Made by a program: the position numbers and the translations under genes. The notes beneath the pieces are model-generated. The model had not been told where the DNA came from. It saw nothing but the letters and a program-made list of their open reading frames with translations, and made no database searches. A DNA stretch of 62,952 nucleotides, counting the filler, from Pelomyxa schiedti (Eukaryota; Protista; Evosea): NCBI GenBank assembly GCA_020536535.1. It is 9 parts of 9 records of this genome, joined end to end, with 100 filler letters (N's around TTAATTAATTAA, not from the genome) between each part and the next. Parts side by side here need not be neighbours in the genome. Positions count along the whole stretch, not along the records: positions 9,250 to 38,073 come from JAHLWZ010000065.1; positions 38,174 to 41,342 come from JAHLWZ010001812.1; positions 41,443 to 43,395 come from JAHLWZ010000038.1; positions 43,496 to 47,394 come from JAHLWZ010001662.1; positions 47,495 to 52,065 come from JAHLWZ010001581.1; 4 more parts are not named here. One strand, 5' to 3'. Shown piece after piece: positions 38,001 through 47,596 of the stretch (position 1 is the stretch's first letter; each line of letters begins with the position of its first letter).

Positions 38001-38173
38001 CAAAAACTTTTTTCCGATTACCAGAAGTAACTGGGCACAGTCCTGTTACTCTGTGCAGAGACTCAAGTACAATNNNNNNNNNNNNNNNNNNNNNNNNNNN
38101 NNNNNNNNNNNNNNNNNTTAATTAATTAANNNNNNNNNNNNNNNNNNNNNNNNNNNNNNNNNNNNNNNNNNNN

Positions 38174-41100
38174 CGGGCCCCCCTCACTAATTATTTTTCT
38201 TTATCGTCGGATTCCAACGCGCCTACATATAAGGAAACTAGATCTCTCCACAGGGCCTCCAAACAGGGAAATAGGCGTAAGAGATCGAATTTAGGGTGAT
38301 AGATTAGTGATAGATTAGAGTTAGACCCGAGGAGTAAGTCTGCTGTTGCCACACAAGACTTACTCCAGTAATTGTCGTGGCGGATAAAACACCAACAGTT
38401 GGAACTTTTGTTTCAAAAACAAATCAGTTATGGGGAGAACCCAGCAGGGTGTTGCACAAAATCGAGCATCAGGCAGCTCTGGACAGCCCCGGGTTTGCCA
38501 AAGAACTTTGTCTGTGCCTCAAGGGCAAATTTGGCACACTGAGAAGCCATCAGTCAGTAAATCTCGGCCTATTAGATATTGTGAGGGGATAAATAGAAGA
38601 ACAAATGCTAACCTGTATGACTTCCTGGAGCGCACTTTTGGGAGCATTTTGTTTTTCAATCATGAGCCAGTTGGGATTAAAAACAGCCGCCAACAGTGCT
38701 ATTTCGCTGTTTCTGTTCCTTTACCCCATATTTTGGAAGTAGGAGCTCTCTCTTCCAGCCAGAAGCGCTGTAAGGATTGTGCAAAGCTGCACCGTGTGGC
38801 TTATGACTTCTATCGCTACCTCCGCCAAGGAAAAACTAGTGGTTCTGTGAGTTGGATAAAAAAAACTATGACAACAAGCCAGTGCCAGCTAATCAGTAAT
38901 TTAGAATCAGAAATTCAATCACTACAAAGAAAGGTTAATGAATTGACAACTGAACTTGAACATACCCAGCTTGTCATAGCAAATAAAAATTCAAAAGAAC
39001 ACCTCATGCACCAATTGCTTGCTCTTCTGAACCTGGAGTGCAGCCATGGATCCCTGAACTTTTGTGAGATTCTAGTTAAGTCTGTACTTGAGTACCTGCA
39101 GTTGAAAGATAGAAGACAAATCCGGTACACACCAGAGATAATTAACTGGGGGCAAGTTCTTTACACAATATGCGGAAAGGCTGGATATGAACTCATTCGT
39201 GGACATGTAACAGGAGGAAGTAGGGGTCATCTGCTGCCATCAAAAGAAAAAATGGGGCTCCCTTTACCTTCAATCAGTAGTCTACAAAAAAGAGTAACAC
39301 CACCAAACTTCAGCATAAGTGAGGTGGCAATTAGAGAAAGGATAGCTCACCTCAAACAAGGACTGAAGGGTGTAGTTCTTCCTGGTGGAATCAGCTTTGA
39401 TGGTGTTGAAGTGCGGAAAGGGCTGGAGAGGGATATGTCATCTCACATGCTTGTTGGCTCTACACAGGGAGGGATACCTATTGAAAATATAAGCAACTTT
39501 CGAGATGTAAATGAAGATAACCCTGGAATAGCAACCCAACATGATAGCCTTGTTTCAGAGATTGACCTTGCATCAGAGATACTGCAGGTTGCTTGGGTTG
39601 GGTGGAATGGCACAGCACAAGAATGCATTTTCGAAATCCCTATTTGTGGGATGAGTAATAGAAAAATAAGGCAGGTGTTACTACAGATATTGCAAGCTTT
39701 AAAAGTGGCTGAGATACCCACACTATGGATCTCCAGTGATGGGTGGAATAAAGGAGCATGTGATGATCTATTGGAGCCACTGGTGCAAGCATTGCAGCAG
39801 CCATTAGAATTTGTCTATGATGTTTCCCACATGGAGAAGCTCTTCCGCAATTACTTGCTAAATTACTACATTAGAAAAGGAGAGAAGGGAGAGGTTTTTA
39901 CAATGCGGTCTTTGCACAGTGTTGTAGCAACAAACAAAGAAGCTTTTCTTGCTGAAAAGTGTACTTCATATGAGATTCTTTTCCCTAGTGACCGCCAAGG
40001 ATCGCATGAGATTGAGCTGATATACAAGCTTTTATACCTCTTTCAGGAAAAAGCCTGTTCCTCTGAGTCTTTCTTAGCAATAGAGTATTTTAGTCACATG
40101 AGTAAGCTGCACAACCTTTTTGTGAGGACTAATGAGCCTGTGAAAGTGCGCATTTGTGAATTTCGTGAAGTTCTAGATTATTTTGAGGGCTTGACAATTA
40201 CCAGGGTTTCCCAGGACAAGGATTTCAAAGTCACCCAGCAGAAATTCTGCACCACTGCTGTGTGGAAACAATTAAGAGCCACAATTGATGGGTTTGAAAG
40301 ACTTGCCAGAATTCTGGAGACTAAATACTCAGTTGTACTCTATGACCTGAAGCCATTGTCAACTCTAGCATTGGAGAATCATTTTAGTTGTATCAGAAGA
40401 AAACTGAAGCGCTTCTCTGTTCGTGAATACCTGTACACTTCCCGGCGAATGCAGATTGTTCAAGCACTGGCACATTGCAAAGACTGTAACTTTCCAACAC
40501 CAAGGCACAATAGCAAGAATTACACTGACAATACAAGTATACAGTGGACTGTTGCAGAGGTTGAGAAAGCATACAATCCTCCCAGCCACAATCATGGAGC
40601 TATTCAGCACTGCCTTTCCAATCAAGATGTCACAGAATCCATGAAGTTGTGTCAACAGTGTTCTCCTGAAAAGAAGAAAACTACACGCCAGCTCTATCAC
40701 ACTGATAACATTTGCTCTGGGGAACTGTTTTTCTGCCCCTGTGCCATTGATCCAAATCTGTCCCCACGCTGTGGAAGGATTGAGCCTTATAAATCAAAGC
40801 AGTGTTACAACACTCACATAGCAATGCTCCATCCAGAGTTGAGAACAGATGAATGCCAGGAAATAGCAGTAGCTGTAGAACCACCTAAAAAGAAAACAAG
40901 AAGTTCACCAAAGGCACAGTGCAACGAATGTAAACCACCAAAAGGTTGGTAGATGCTCTTTATGCTTTTATTTAACATAAAATATAGTATTTGTATATCT
41001 GGGCCGCCTGAAGACACACATAGAGTCAGAGCACCATCGGTCATTCTCCCACACACCCCCTTCAGACCACTCTTGGAGTTATATCGAGCCGGAGGGTAAA

Positions 41101-41342
41101 TCAGCACCCACTACAACAACAAGCCTCTCTAACATTGGTGGGGGAGCCACATTTTGCAACAGTCAGCCCTCCACACTCACACCAGCGTCGGGTCGCCGCA
41201 CGGCTCACCATCACTAGTGATGTTTTCTGTTGTGTTGGTGTTCTTTGATCAACCAGGTGGAAAAGGTATCGAAGCTTCGCCTGGAACGTTGGAAAACCCA
41301 AAACGGGTTAATAAAGGAAAAAGATATAGTGAGGGGGGTCCG
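38174..41342 (+). mobile_element. P-element superfamily DNA transposon occupying the whole contig, with imperfect ~31-bp TIRs
   Basis: Left end CGGGCCCCCCTCACTAATTATTTTTCTTTAT; reverse complement of the right end CGGACCCCCCTCACTATATCTTTTTCCTTTAT (15 of the first 16 nt match). They enclose one long transposase ORF. Confidence 0.85.
38430..40952 (+). CDS. P-element/THAP9-like DDE transposase (840 aa, intronless)
   Basis: Coiled coil, then GYELIR..LPLPSISSLQK, SFDG (D, ~39399), SSDG (D, ~39738), YDVSHMEKLFRN (DxxH motif), STLALENHFSCIR (E, ~40374), and a C-terminal C..C...H...H zinc-finger-like tail. Confidence 0.85.
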   Translation: MGRTQQGVAQNRASGSSGQPRVCQRTLSVPQGQIWHTEKPSVSKSRPIRYCEGINRRTNANLYDFLERTFGSILFFNHEPVGIKNSRQQCYFAVSVPLPHILEVGALSSSQKRCKDCAKLHRVAYDFYRYLRQGKTSGSVSWIKKTMTTSQCQLISNLESEIQSLQRKVNELTTELEHTQLVIANKNSKEHLMHQLLALLNLECSHGSLNFCEILVKSVLEYLQLKDRRQIRYTPEIINWGQVLYTICGKAGYELIRGHVTGGSRGHLLPSKEKMGLPLPSISSLQKRVTPPNFSISEVAIRERIAHLKQGLKGVVLPGGISFDGVEVRKGLERDMSSHMLVGSTQGGIPIENISNFRDVNEDNPGIATQHDSLVSEIDLASEILQVAWVGWNGTAQECIFEIPICGMSNRKIRQVLLQILQALKVAEIPTLWISSDGWNKGACDDLLEPLVQALQQPLEFVYDVSHMEKLFRNYLLNYYIRKGEKGEVFTMRSLHSVVATNKEAFLAEKCTSYEILFPSDRQGSHEIELIYKLLYLFQEKACSSESFLAIEYFSHMSKLHNLFVRTNEPVKVRICEFREVLDYFEGLTITRVSQDKDFKVTQQKFCTTAVWKQLRATIDGFERLARILETKYSVVLYDLKPLSTLALENHFSCIRRKLKRFSVREYLYTSRRMQIVQALAHCKDCNFPTPRHNSKNYTDNTSIQWTVAEVEKAYNPPSHNHGAIQHCLSNQDVTESMKLCQQCSPEKKKTTRQLYHTDNICSGELFFCPCAIDPNLSPRCGRIEPYKSKQCYNTHIAMLHPELRTDECQEIAVAVEPPKKKTRSSPKAQCNECKPPKGW

Positions 41343-41571
41343 NNNNNNNNNNNNNNNNNNNNNNNNNNNNNNNNNNNNNNNNNNNNTTAATTAATTAANN
41401 NNNNNNNNNNNNNNNNNNNNNNNNNNNNNNNNNNNNNNNNNNAGAGCAGACTCCTCGAGAGGGTAAAAGTATTAGGATTCCGGAAATCGCACTTTTTATT
41501 TGAAACCAACCACCCCATCAGCAGTTTTGCCCCCCCACCATCATCAAACAACAAACCCACCAACCGTGAGG

Positions 41572-43395
41572 ATGACAGCGCCACCACTGTCACAGAAACA
41601 GCGCTGGGCCATTTCCGACGCATGCAAGCGCGGCGACATGCCCCCGCTCCCGTACCCCACCTGGGACTTCAACACTCCCATCGGCATTGTCGACGACACC
41701 ATGCTCCACATCGCGTGCGAGTACGGGCACGTGCCGCTCGCGAGGCAGCTCCTCGCCGTGGGCGCGACGCGCAGCCCGCCGATCGACCCAAACGCCACCG
41801 AACTCGCGGGTCTGACGCCACTGTGCTACGCTGCCGAAAACGGAAAGGAGGCGGTGGTGAGGGTGCTGCTGGCAACGAGCGGTGTGGATGTGAACAAGGG
41901 GCGCCCGCTGGCCTGTGCGTGTGTCGGGCAGAACATGGGCGTGGTGGCGGCGCTGCTCGGGTGCCCACGCGTGGACGCCAACGCGGGGTGTCCGTCGGGG
42001 GAAACGGCACTGCACGTGGCTTGTGAAGAGGGATTCGTGGAAGGGGTGAAGGCTCTGCTCCAGGTCAATGGAATTGACACAAACCGCAAAAACGCAAAAG
42101 GTGAAACGCCACTTGACGTGGCAACAATACAGAACCGCACTGATATCTGCAAGCTCTTGAGGGATCACAACACGAGAAGACAATCCCCAAAGCCCACCAC
42201 AATCACACCGAAAAATAGCACATTTAATGAACGGGAGTTGAGTGAGAAAGAGAGAGAAATTGCAAGAATCACAGGGGAGAACAAACGGCTTGGAGAATCA
42301 CTGAGGGAAATGAATGAGAGGGTGATGAATCTCGAAGGGAAACTGCAAGAAAAGGAGAAGAGGATCAAGACACTTGAGGAGGAGAACTCTGTTCTCAAAG
42401 AATGTTACAAGGTGAGTCGTGTTGTTCCCATCATTCCCCAAGTCGTGGTCCATCATCAACGCTGACTACTAAAATCCGTGTTCACTCCCACCAACAAAAC
42501 ACACACCACACACAGGAGAGAGCAGAGACAATGACATCGTTGGTTGGAGCCAACATTGATTCATTTGCAATGATGAAATTTCTCGGTTCAGGCTCAAATG
42601 CAGCCACATTCCAGGTGAAATTTTTCCCCAGGGGAACAACCGGCAGTGTGCTTTTGTTGCCCCTCCTCCAACCTTCTTCTTCTTCTCCTCCTCCTCCTCC
42701 TTCCACCACCACACAACCTCCTCNNNNNNNNNNNNNNNNNNNNNNNNNNNNNNNNNNNNNNNNNNNNNNNNNNNNNNNNNNNNNNNNNNNNNNNNNNNNN
42801 NNNNNNNNNNNNNNNNNNNNNNNGCCACATTCCAGGTGAAATTTTTCCCCAGGGGAACAACCGGCAGTGTGCTTTTGTTGCCCCTCCTCCAACCTTCTTC
42901 TTCTTCTCCTCCTCCTCCTCCTTCCACCACCACACAACCTCCTCTGGACAACAACACCAAAAGCAATGAACAAAACAACGCACAACCACCAACGATGGCA
43001 ATGAAAGTTCTGTTCAACTGGGAGAAAACACCACAGCAGACACTGATCAAGCAGAAGTACATGAAAGAGTGCATCGTCCTTGCATCTGTGCCACTCCATC
43101 CAAATGTTATCCACCCTCTTGGAACTCTTGTCATTCCGAGGTGTGTGTTTTATACACTCCATAAGAAATAAATGGAATAAAAAGTAGAAGTGAAGACCAA
43201 AAATAAAGCAGTTCTTGAGAACAAGAGTAAAACATACATAAAAAAAAAGACCTTCTTGTTAAGATATAAACCATAAAAAAAAAGATTTCCACCAGAGTTC
43301 ATCGAGGCAATACCTTCTGATCAGCCAGTTTACAAAGAGTTTGCACTGAACAAGTCACTTGCTTTCCTTCTTCCTTTCTGTGGTGTTCCATTGCC
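41572..43395 (+). CDS. Ankyrin-repeat + coiled-coil + PINK1-like kinase, spliced, 3' truncated
   Basis: TMLHIACEYGH, TPLCYAAENG, GETALHVACEEG; E/K-rich coil; intron at 42412; then LGSGSNAATF, AMKVLFNWE, HPNVIHPLGTLVIP as in the 14740 kinase. Confidence 0.82.
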
Positions 43396-43753
43396 NNNNN
43401 NNNNNNNNNNNNNNNNNNNNNNNNNNNNNNNNNNNNNNNTTAATTAATTAANNNNNNNNNNNNNNNNNNNNNNNNNNNNNNNNNNNNNNNNNNNNTTTTA
43501 TTTCCGTGTGCACTGGTTCTTAGGCTCCTCACATGTACTTATACCTACTGTTGTCTCGCCGTTTAGTGTCCCCTGTTGTTATCCCTTCCTAGTACGTTCT
43601 TCCCCACCCAAAAGTGAGGGAGCACAGCGACCACACACCACCACAAAGTCAGCAAAGCAACAACAACAAAGTGTCAACAACCATCATTGCCACACAGTGC
43701 ACAATTAGAACAAAGAAGATGAAAATTTACAGAAAAAAACAATGCCATTGTCA

Positions 43754-43827
43754 CGCCCACTCTGGGGCTCGAACCCAGGACCACTTGATTAAAAGTCAAG
43801 CGCTCATGCCATCTGAGCTAAGTAGGC
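43754..43827 (-). tRNA. tRNA-Lys(TTT)
   Basis: GCCTACT/AGTGGGC acceptor stem, CTTGA-CTTTTAA-TCAAG anticodon arm, GGTTCGAG T-loop. Confidence 0.95.
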
Positions 43828-43954
43828 TACAGACAATCATATGTAGCAAAGAAAGAATAAATGCCAAAGTAACTGCTACACAAAAAAAAATTATGTTGTT
43901 GTTAGTGGTGTGTGTGTGGTTATGGAGAAAGCACAGGAGGCAAAAGAGAAATGT

Positions 43955-44027
43955 CGATCTTTCTGGGCCTCGAACCCAGGACCTCAAGTTTAGGAAACTT
44001 GCGCTCTTCCAACTGAGCTAAAAGACC
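43955..44027 (-). tRNA. tRNA-Arg(CCT)
   Basis: GGTCTTT/AAAGATC acceptor stem, CAAGT-TTCCTAA-ACTTG anticodon arm. Confidence 0.95.
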
Positions 44028-44162
44028 ACACAGTGACTGTGTTCCAGACAGCTGAATGACTACTGACTCTATGCACAACTTCTTTCTTTTTATCCTGTCG
44101 TGCTGAGCCTCACAAAAAAAAAATTTAAAAAAGGAGAAAAGAAAAGAAAAAAAGATTTCACT

Positions 44163-44234
44163 CTCCCTGGCGGAGGATTGAACTCCGATCTTTCGCGTGA
44201 CAGGCGAAAATACTAGCCATTATACTACCAGGGA
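44163..44234 (-). tRNA. tRNA-Asp(GTC)
   Basis: TCCCTGG/CCAGGGA acceptor stem, TTCGC-CTGTCAC-GCGAA anticodon arm, G73. Confidence 0.95.
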
Positions 44235-44355
44235 TTGCACAGGAGATAGCTTTACACAAAAATAGTAAACATGATAGACACAATAGCCTTTGCCAAATAA
44301 AAACAAAGCAGAAACAAGAAACCAAAAGAAAAATTCAAAAATTTTCCTTATTTTT

Positions 44356-44426
44356 TGCGGGTGCCTGGAATCGAACCAGGGTTTTCAGAGCCACAATCTG
44401 AAGTTCTACCTCTAAACTACACCCGC
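44356..44426 (-). tRNA. tRNA-His(GTG)
   Basis: GCGGGTG/CACCCGC acceptor stem, TCAGA-TTGTGGC-TCTGA anticodon arm, A73, no encoded G-1. Confidence 0.95.
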
Positions 44427-44796
44427 TTGTTGTTACTATGGTGTGGTGGAGCTAAAGTGAACAACAAAATATATTATGTGCGCTTGGTGTCTTGTTGTGT
44501 GTTTGGGAGGAGCAGCAGGGTTCTCCTCTCTCTACGTGGTGCATCCAATCGACACATGCACTAGCCTCTCTCTAACTGGCAGCACAGAAAGCAACAACAG
44601 CAGTGGCAGCCCAGCACACCACACATGGTCACGATCATGCCATTGTTGCTCTCGCACCCACACCCACCACCACCAAACCATTATTGATATTGGAATCTTT
44701 TTTTATTTTATTTTTTAGAAGCGGTGTGGCAAGTCTCACAGCCTGCAGCAGTAAGAAGCAACAGTCAAGACGCTGCACAGCTCTGACATAATGTAA

Positions 44797-44868
44797 GCGT
44801 TCGTGGTGAAATGGTTCTCATAGCAGCCTTCCAAGCTGTTGTTCCGGGTTCGATTCCCGGCGAACGCA
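44797..44868 (+). tRNA. tRNA-Gly(TCC)
   Basis: GCGTTCG/CGAACGC acceptor stem, GCAGC-CTTCCAA-GCTGT anticodon arm, T-run downstream. Confidence 0.95.
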
Positions 44869-45026
44869 TTAATTTTTCTTCTTCTTGATTTGAAGAGAGC
44901 AGCTAATGATGAGAAAGAAAGCAACACCTAACAAAAAAGGAACAACAACAACAACAAAAAAAAAAAATGTGAGCCTTACGATGCAGCACAGTCACATGAA
45001 GGCCACCCGGGTGTCATTATAACAAA

Positions 45027-45097
45027 GGCTCTGTTGTTTAGTGGCAGAATACTTGTTTAGGGTACAAGTGGCCCCGGTTCGATTCCGGGCAGAGCCC
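45027..45097 (+). tRNA. tRNA-Pro(AGG)
   Basis: GGCTCTG/CAGAGCC acceptor stem, CTTGT-TTAGGGT-ACAAG anticodon arm, T10 terminator. Confidence 0.95.
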
Positions 45098-45435
45098 AAA
45101 TTTTTTTTTTCCCCCTCCCTCTCTGGTGGGAGGAAACACAAAGTCACACACACCATGTTTATTCTTCCTCCTTCAGTAATAGTTGGCCACTTACTTCCTC
45201 AAAGAAGAAGTAGTCAATTCCACCACCACTCTCGCTAAGGCACCCCTCCCACATGGCAAATGAAATCGACCACACCCCGTGTGCTATTTATCTTTTTTTT
45301 TTTGTGTTTCATTTTTTACCCTTTTTTTAATCTTTAGATATGTATGGACACACTTTAAAAACAGGGTGGACTGTGCTTGGTGGCTTGATGATGGTGATGA
45401 AAAGGGTGTTGAGATGATATGGGGGAAAAAAGGAA

Positions 45436-45507
45436 AGGCTCCTGCGAGAATCGAACTCGCGACCTCCAGTTTACTAGACTGGCGCAATGCCCCTATGCTA
45501 AAGAGCC
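45436..45507 (-). tRNA. tRNA-Thr(AGT), single copy in the spacer
   Basis: GGCTCTT/AGGAGCC acceptor stem, CCAGT-CTAGTAA-ACTGG anticodon arm, GCGAG-TTCGATT-CTCGC T-arm. Confidence 0.93.
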
Positions 45508-45792
45508 ATCACAATACAATACATAATAATATCTCATGTTGTCTGTTGGGCATGGGGGCCTGCGTGCGTGAATAAAGGAAAGATAATAAAAGAAAAAAAA
45601 ATACGGTGGTGGTGGTGTGGTCGATTTCATTTGCCATGTGGGAGGGGTGCCTTAGCGAGAGTGGTGGTGGAATTGACTACTTCTTCTTTGAGGAAGTAAG
45701 TGGCCAACTATTACTGAAGGAGGAAGAATAAACATGGTGTGTGTGACTTTGTGTTTCCTCCCACCAGAGAGGGAGGGGGAAAAAAAAAATTT

Positions 45793-45863
45793 GGGCTCTG
45801 CCCGGAATCGAACCGGGGCCACTTGTACCCTAAACAAGTATTCTGCCACTAAACAACAGAGCC
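45793..45863 (-). tRNA. tRNA-Pro(AGG), mirror copy
   Basis: Reverse complement of 45027-45097. Confidence 0.93.
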
Positions 45864-46021
45864 TTTGTTATAATGACACCCGGGTGGCCTTCATGTGACT
45901 GTGCTGCATCGTAAGGCTCACATTTTTTTTTTTTGTTGTTGTTGTTGTTCCTTTTTTGTTAGGTGTTGCTTTCTTTCTCATCATTAGCTGCTCTCTTCAA
46001 ATCAAGAAGAAGAAAAATTAA

Positions 46022-46093
46022 TGCGTTCGCCGGGAATCGAACCCGGAACAACAGCTTGGAAGGCTGCTATGAGAACCATTTCACCACGAACGC
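46022..46093 (-). tRNA. tRNA-Gly(TCC), mirror copy
   Basis: Reverse complement of 44797-44868. Confidence 0.93.
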
Positions 46094-46463
46094 TTACATT
46101 ATGTCAGAGCTGTGCAGCGTCTTGACTGTTGCTTCTTACTGCTGCAGGCTGTGAGACTTGCCACACCGCTTCTAAAAAATAAAATAAAAAAAGATTCCAA
46201 TATCAATAATGGTTTGGTGGTGGTGGGTGTGGGTGCGAGAGCAACAATGGCATGATCGTGACCATGTGTGGTGTGCTGGGCTGCCACTGCTGTTGTTGCT
46301 TTCTGTGCTGCCAGTTAGAGAGAGGCTAGTGCATGTGTCGATTGGATGCACCACGTAGAGAGAGGAGAACCCTGCTGCTCCTCCCAAACACACAACAAGA
46401 CACCAAGCGCACATAATATATTTTGTTGTTCACTTTAGCTCCACCACACCATAGTAACAACAA

Positions 46464-46534
46464 GCGGGTGTAGTTTAGAGGTAGAACTTCAGATTGTGGC
46501 TCTGAAAACCCTGGTTCGATTCCAGGCACCCGCA
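46464..46534 (+). tRNA. tRNA-His(GTG), mirror copy
   Basis: Reverse complement of 44356-44426. Confidence 0.93.
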
Positions 46535-46655
46535 AAAAATAAGGAAAATTTTTGAATTTTTCTTTTGGTTTCTTGTTTCTGCTTTGTTTTTATTTGGCAA
46601 AGGCTATTGTGTCTATCATGTTTACTATTTTTGTGTAAAGCTATCTCCTGTGCAA

Positions 46656-46727
46656 TCCCTGGTAGTATAATGGCTAGTATTTTCGCCTGTCACGCGAAAG
46701 ATCGGAGTTCAATCCTCCGCCAGGGAG
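46656..46727 (+). tRNA. tRNA-Asp(GTC), mirror copy
   Basis: Reverse complement of 44163-44234. Confidence 0.93.
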
Positions 46728-46862
46728 AGTGAAATCTTTTTTTCTTTTCTTTTCTCCTTTTTTAAATTTTTTTTTTGTGAGGCTCAGCACGACAGGATAA
46801 AAAGAAAGAAGTTGTGCATAGAGTCAGTAGTCATTCAGCTGTCTGGAACACAGTCACTGTGT

Positions 46863-46935
46863 GGTCTTTTAGCTCAGTTGGAAGAGCGCAAGTTTCCTAA
46901 ACTTGAGGTCCTGGGTTCGAGGCCCAGAAAGATCG
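46863..46935 (+). tRNA. tRNA-Arg(CCT), mirror copy
   Basis: Reverse complement of 43955-44027. Confidence 0.93.
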
Positions 46936-47062
46936 ACATTTCTCTTTTGCCTCCTGTGCTTTCTCCATAACCACACACACACCACTAACAACAACATAAT
47001 TTTTTTTTGTGTAGCAGTTACTTTGGCATTTATTCTTTCTTTGCTACATATGATTGTCTGTA

Positions 47063-47136
47063 GCCTACTTAGCTCAGATGGCATGAGCGCTTGACTTTTA
47101 ATCAAGTGGTCCTGGGTTCGAGCCCCAGAGTGGGCG
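47063..47136 (+). tRNA. tRNA-Lys(TTT), mirror copy
   Basis: Reverse complement of 43754-43827. Confidence 0.93.
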
Positions 47137-47596
47137 TGACAATGGCATTGTTTTTTTCTGTAAATTTTCATCTTCTTTGTTCTAATTGTGCACTGTGTGG
47201 CAATGATGGTTGTTGACACTTTGTTGTTGTTGCTTTGCTGACTTTGTGGTGGTGTGTGGTCGCTGTGCTCCCTCACTTTTGGGTGGGGAAGAACGTACTA
47301 GGAAGGGATAACAACAGGGGACACTAAACGGCGAGACAACAGTAGGTATAAGTACATGTGAGGAGCCTAAGAACCAGTGCACACGGAAATAAAANNNNNN
47401 NNNNNNNNNNNNNNNNNNNNNNNNNNNNNNNNNNNNNNTTAATTAATTAANNNNNNNNNNNNNNNNNNNNNNNNNNNNNNNNNNNNNNNNNNNNTGACAC
47501 CCCACGAACCAACAACCCAATCCCTTTTCTGAGTGTTCCAGCAGCATAAGATTGGAAAGCAAGAGAAAGAAGAGTGTTTTGATTTCGTCATGAAAC

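Larger units (their letters stand above)
43496..47394. repeat. Large inverted repeat: 1781-bp arms (43496-45276 and 45614-47394) around a 337-bp spacer
   Basis: The contig start is the reverse complement of the contig end. All mirrored ORF pairs have identical translations and coordinates summing to 90890. Confidence 0.97.

Noticed and set aside
41101-41301. 66-aa ORF in the transposon's right end as a second gene
   Set aside because: Short, non-ATG start and no recognisable motif.
44356-44426. tRNA-His without an encoded G-1
   Set aside because: Normal for eukaryotes, where G-1 is usually added after transcription by Thg1.
43508-47382. Short mirrored ORFs in the palindrome
   Set aside because: They overlap tRNA genes and A/T-rich spacers and have no protein-like features.
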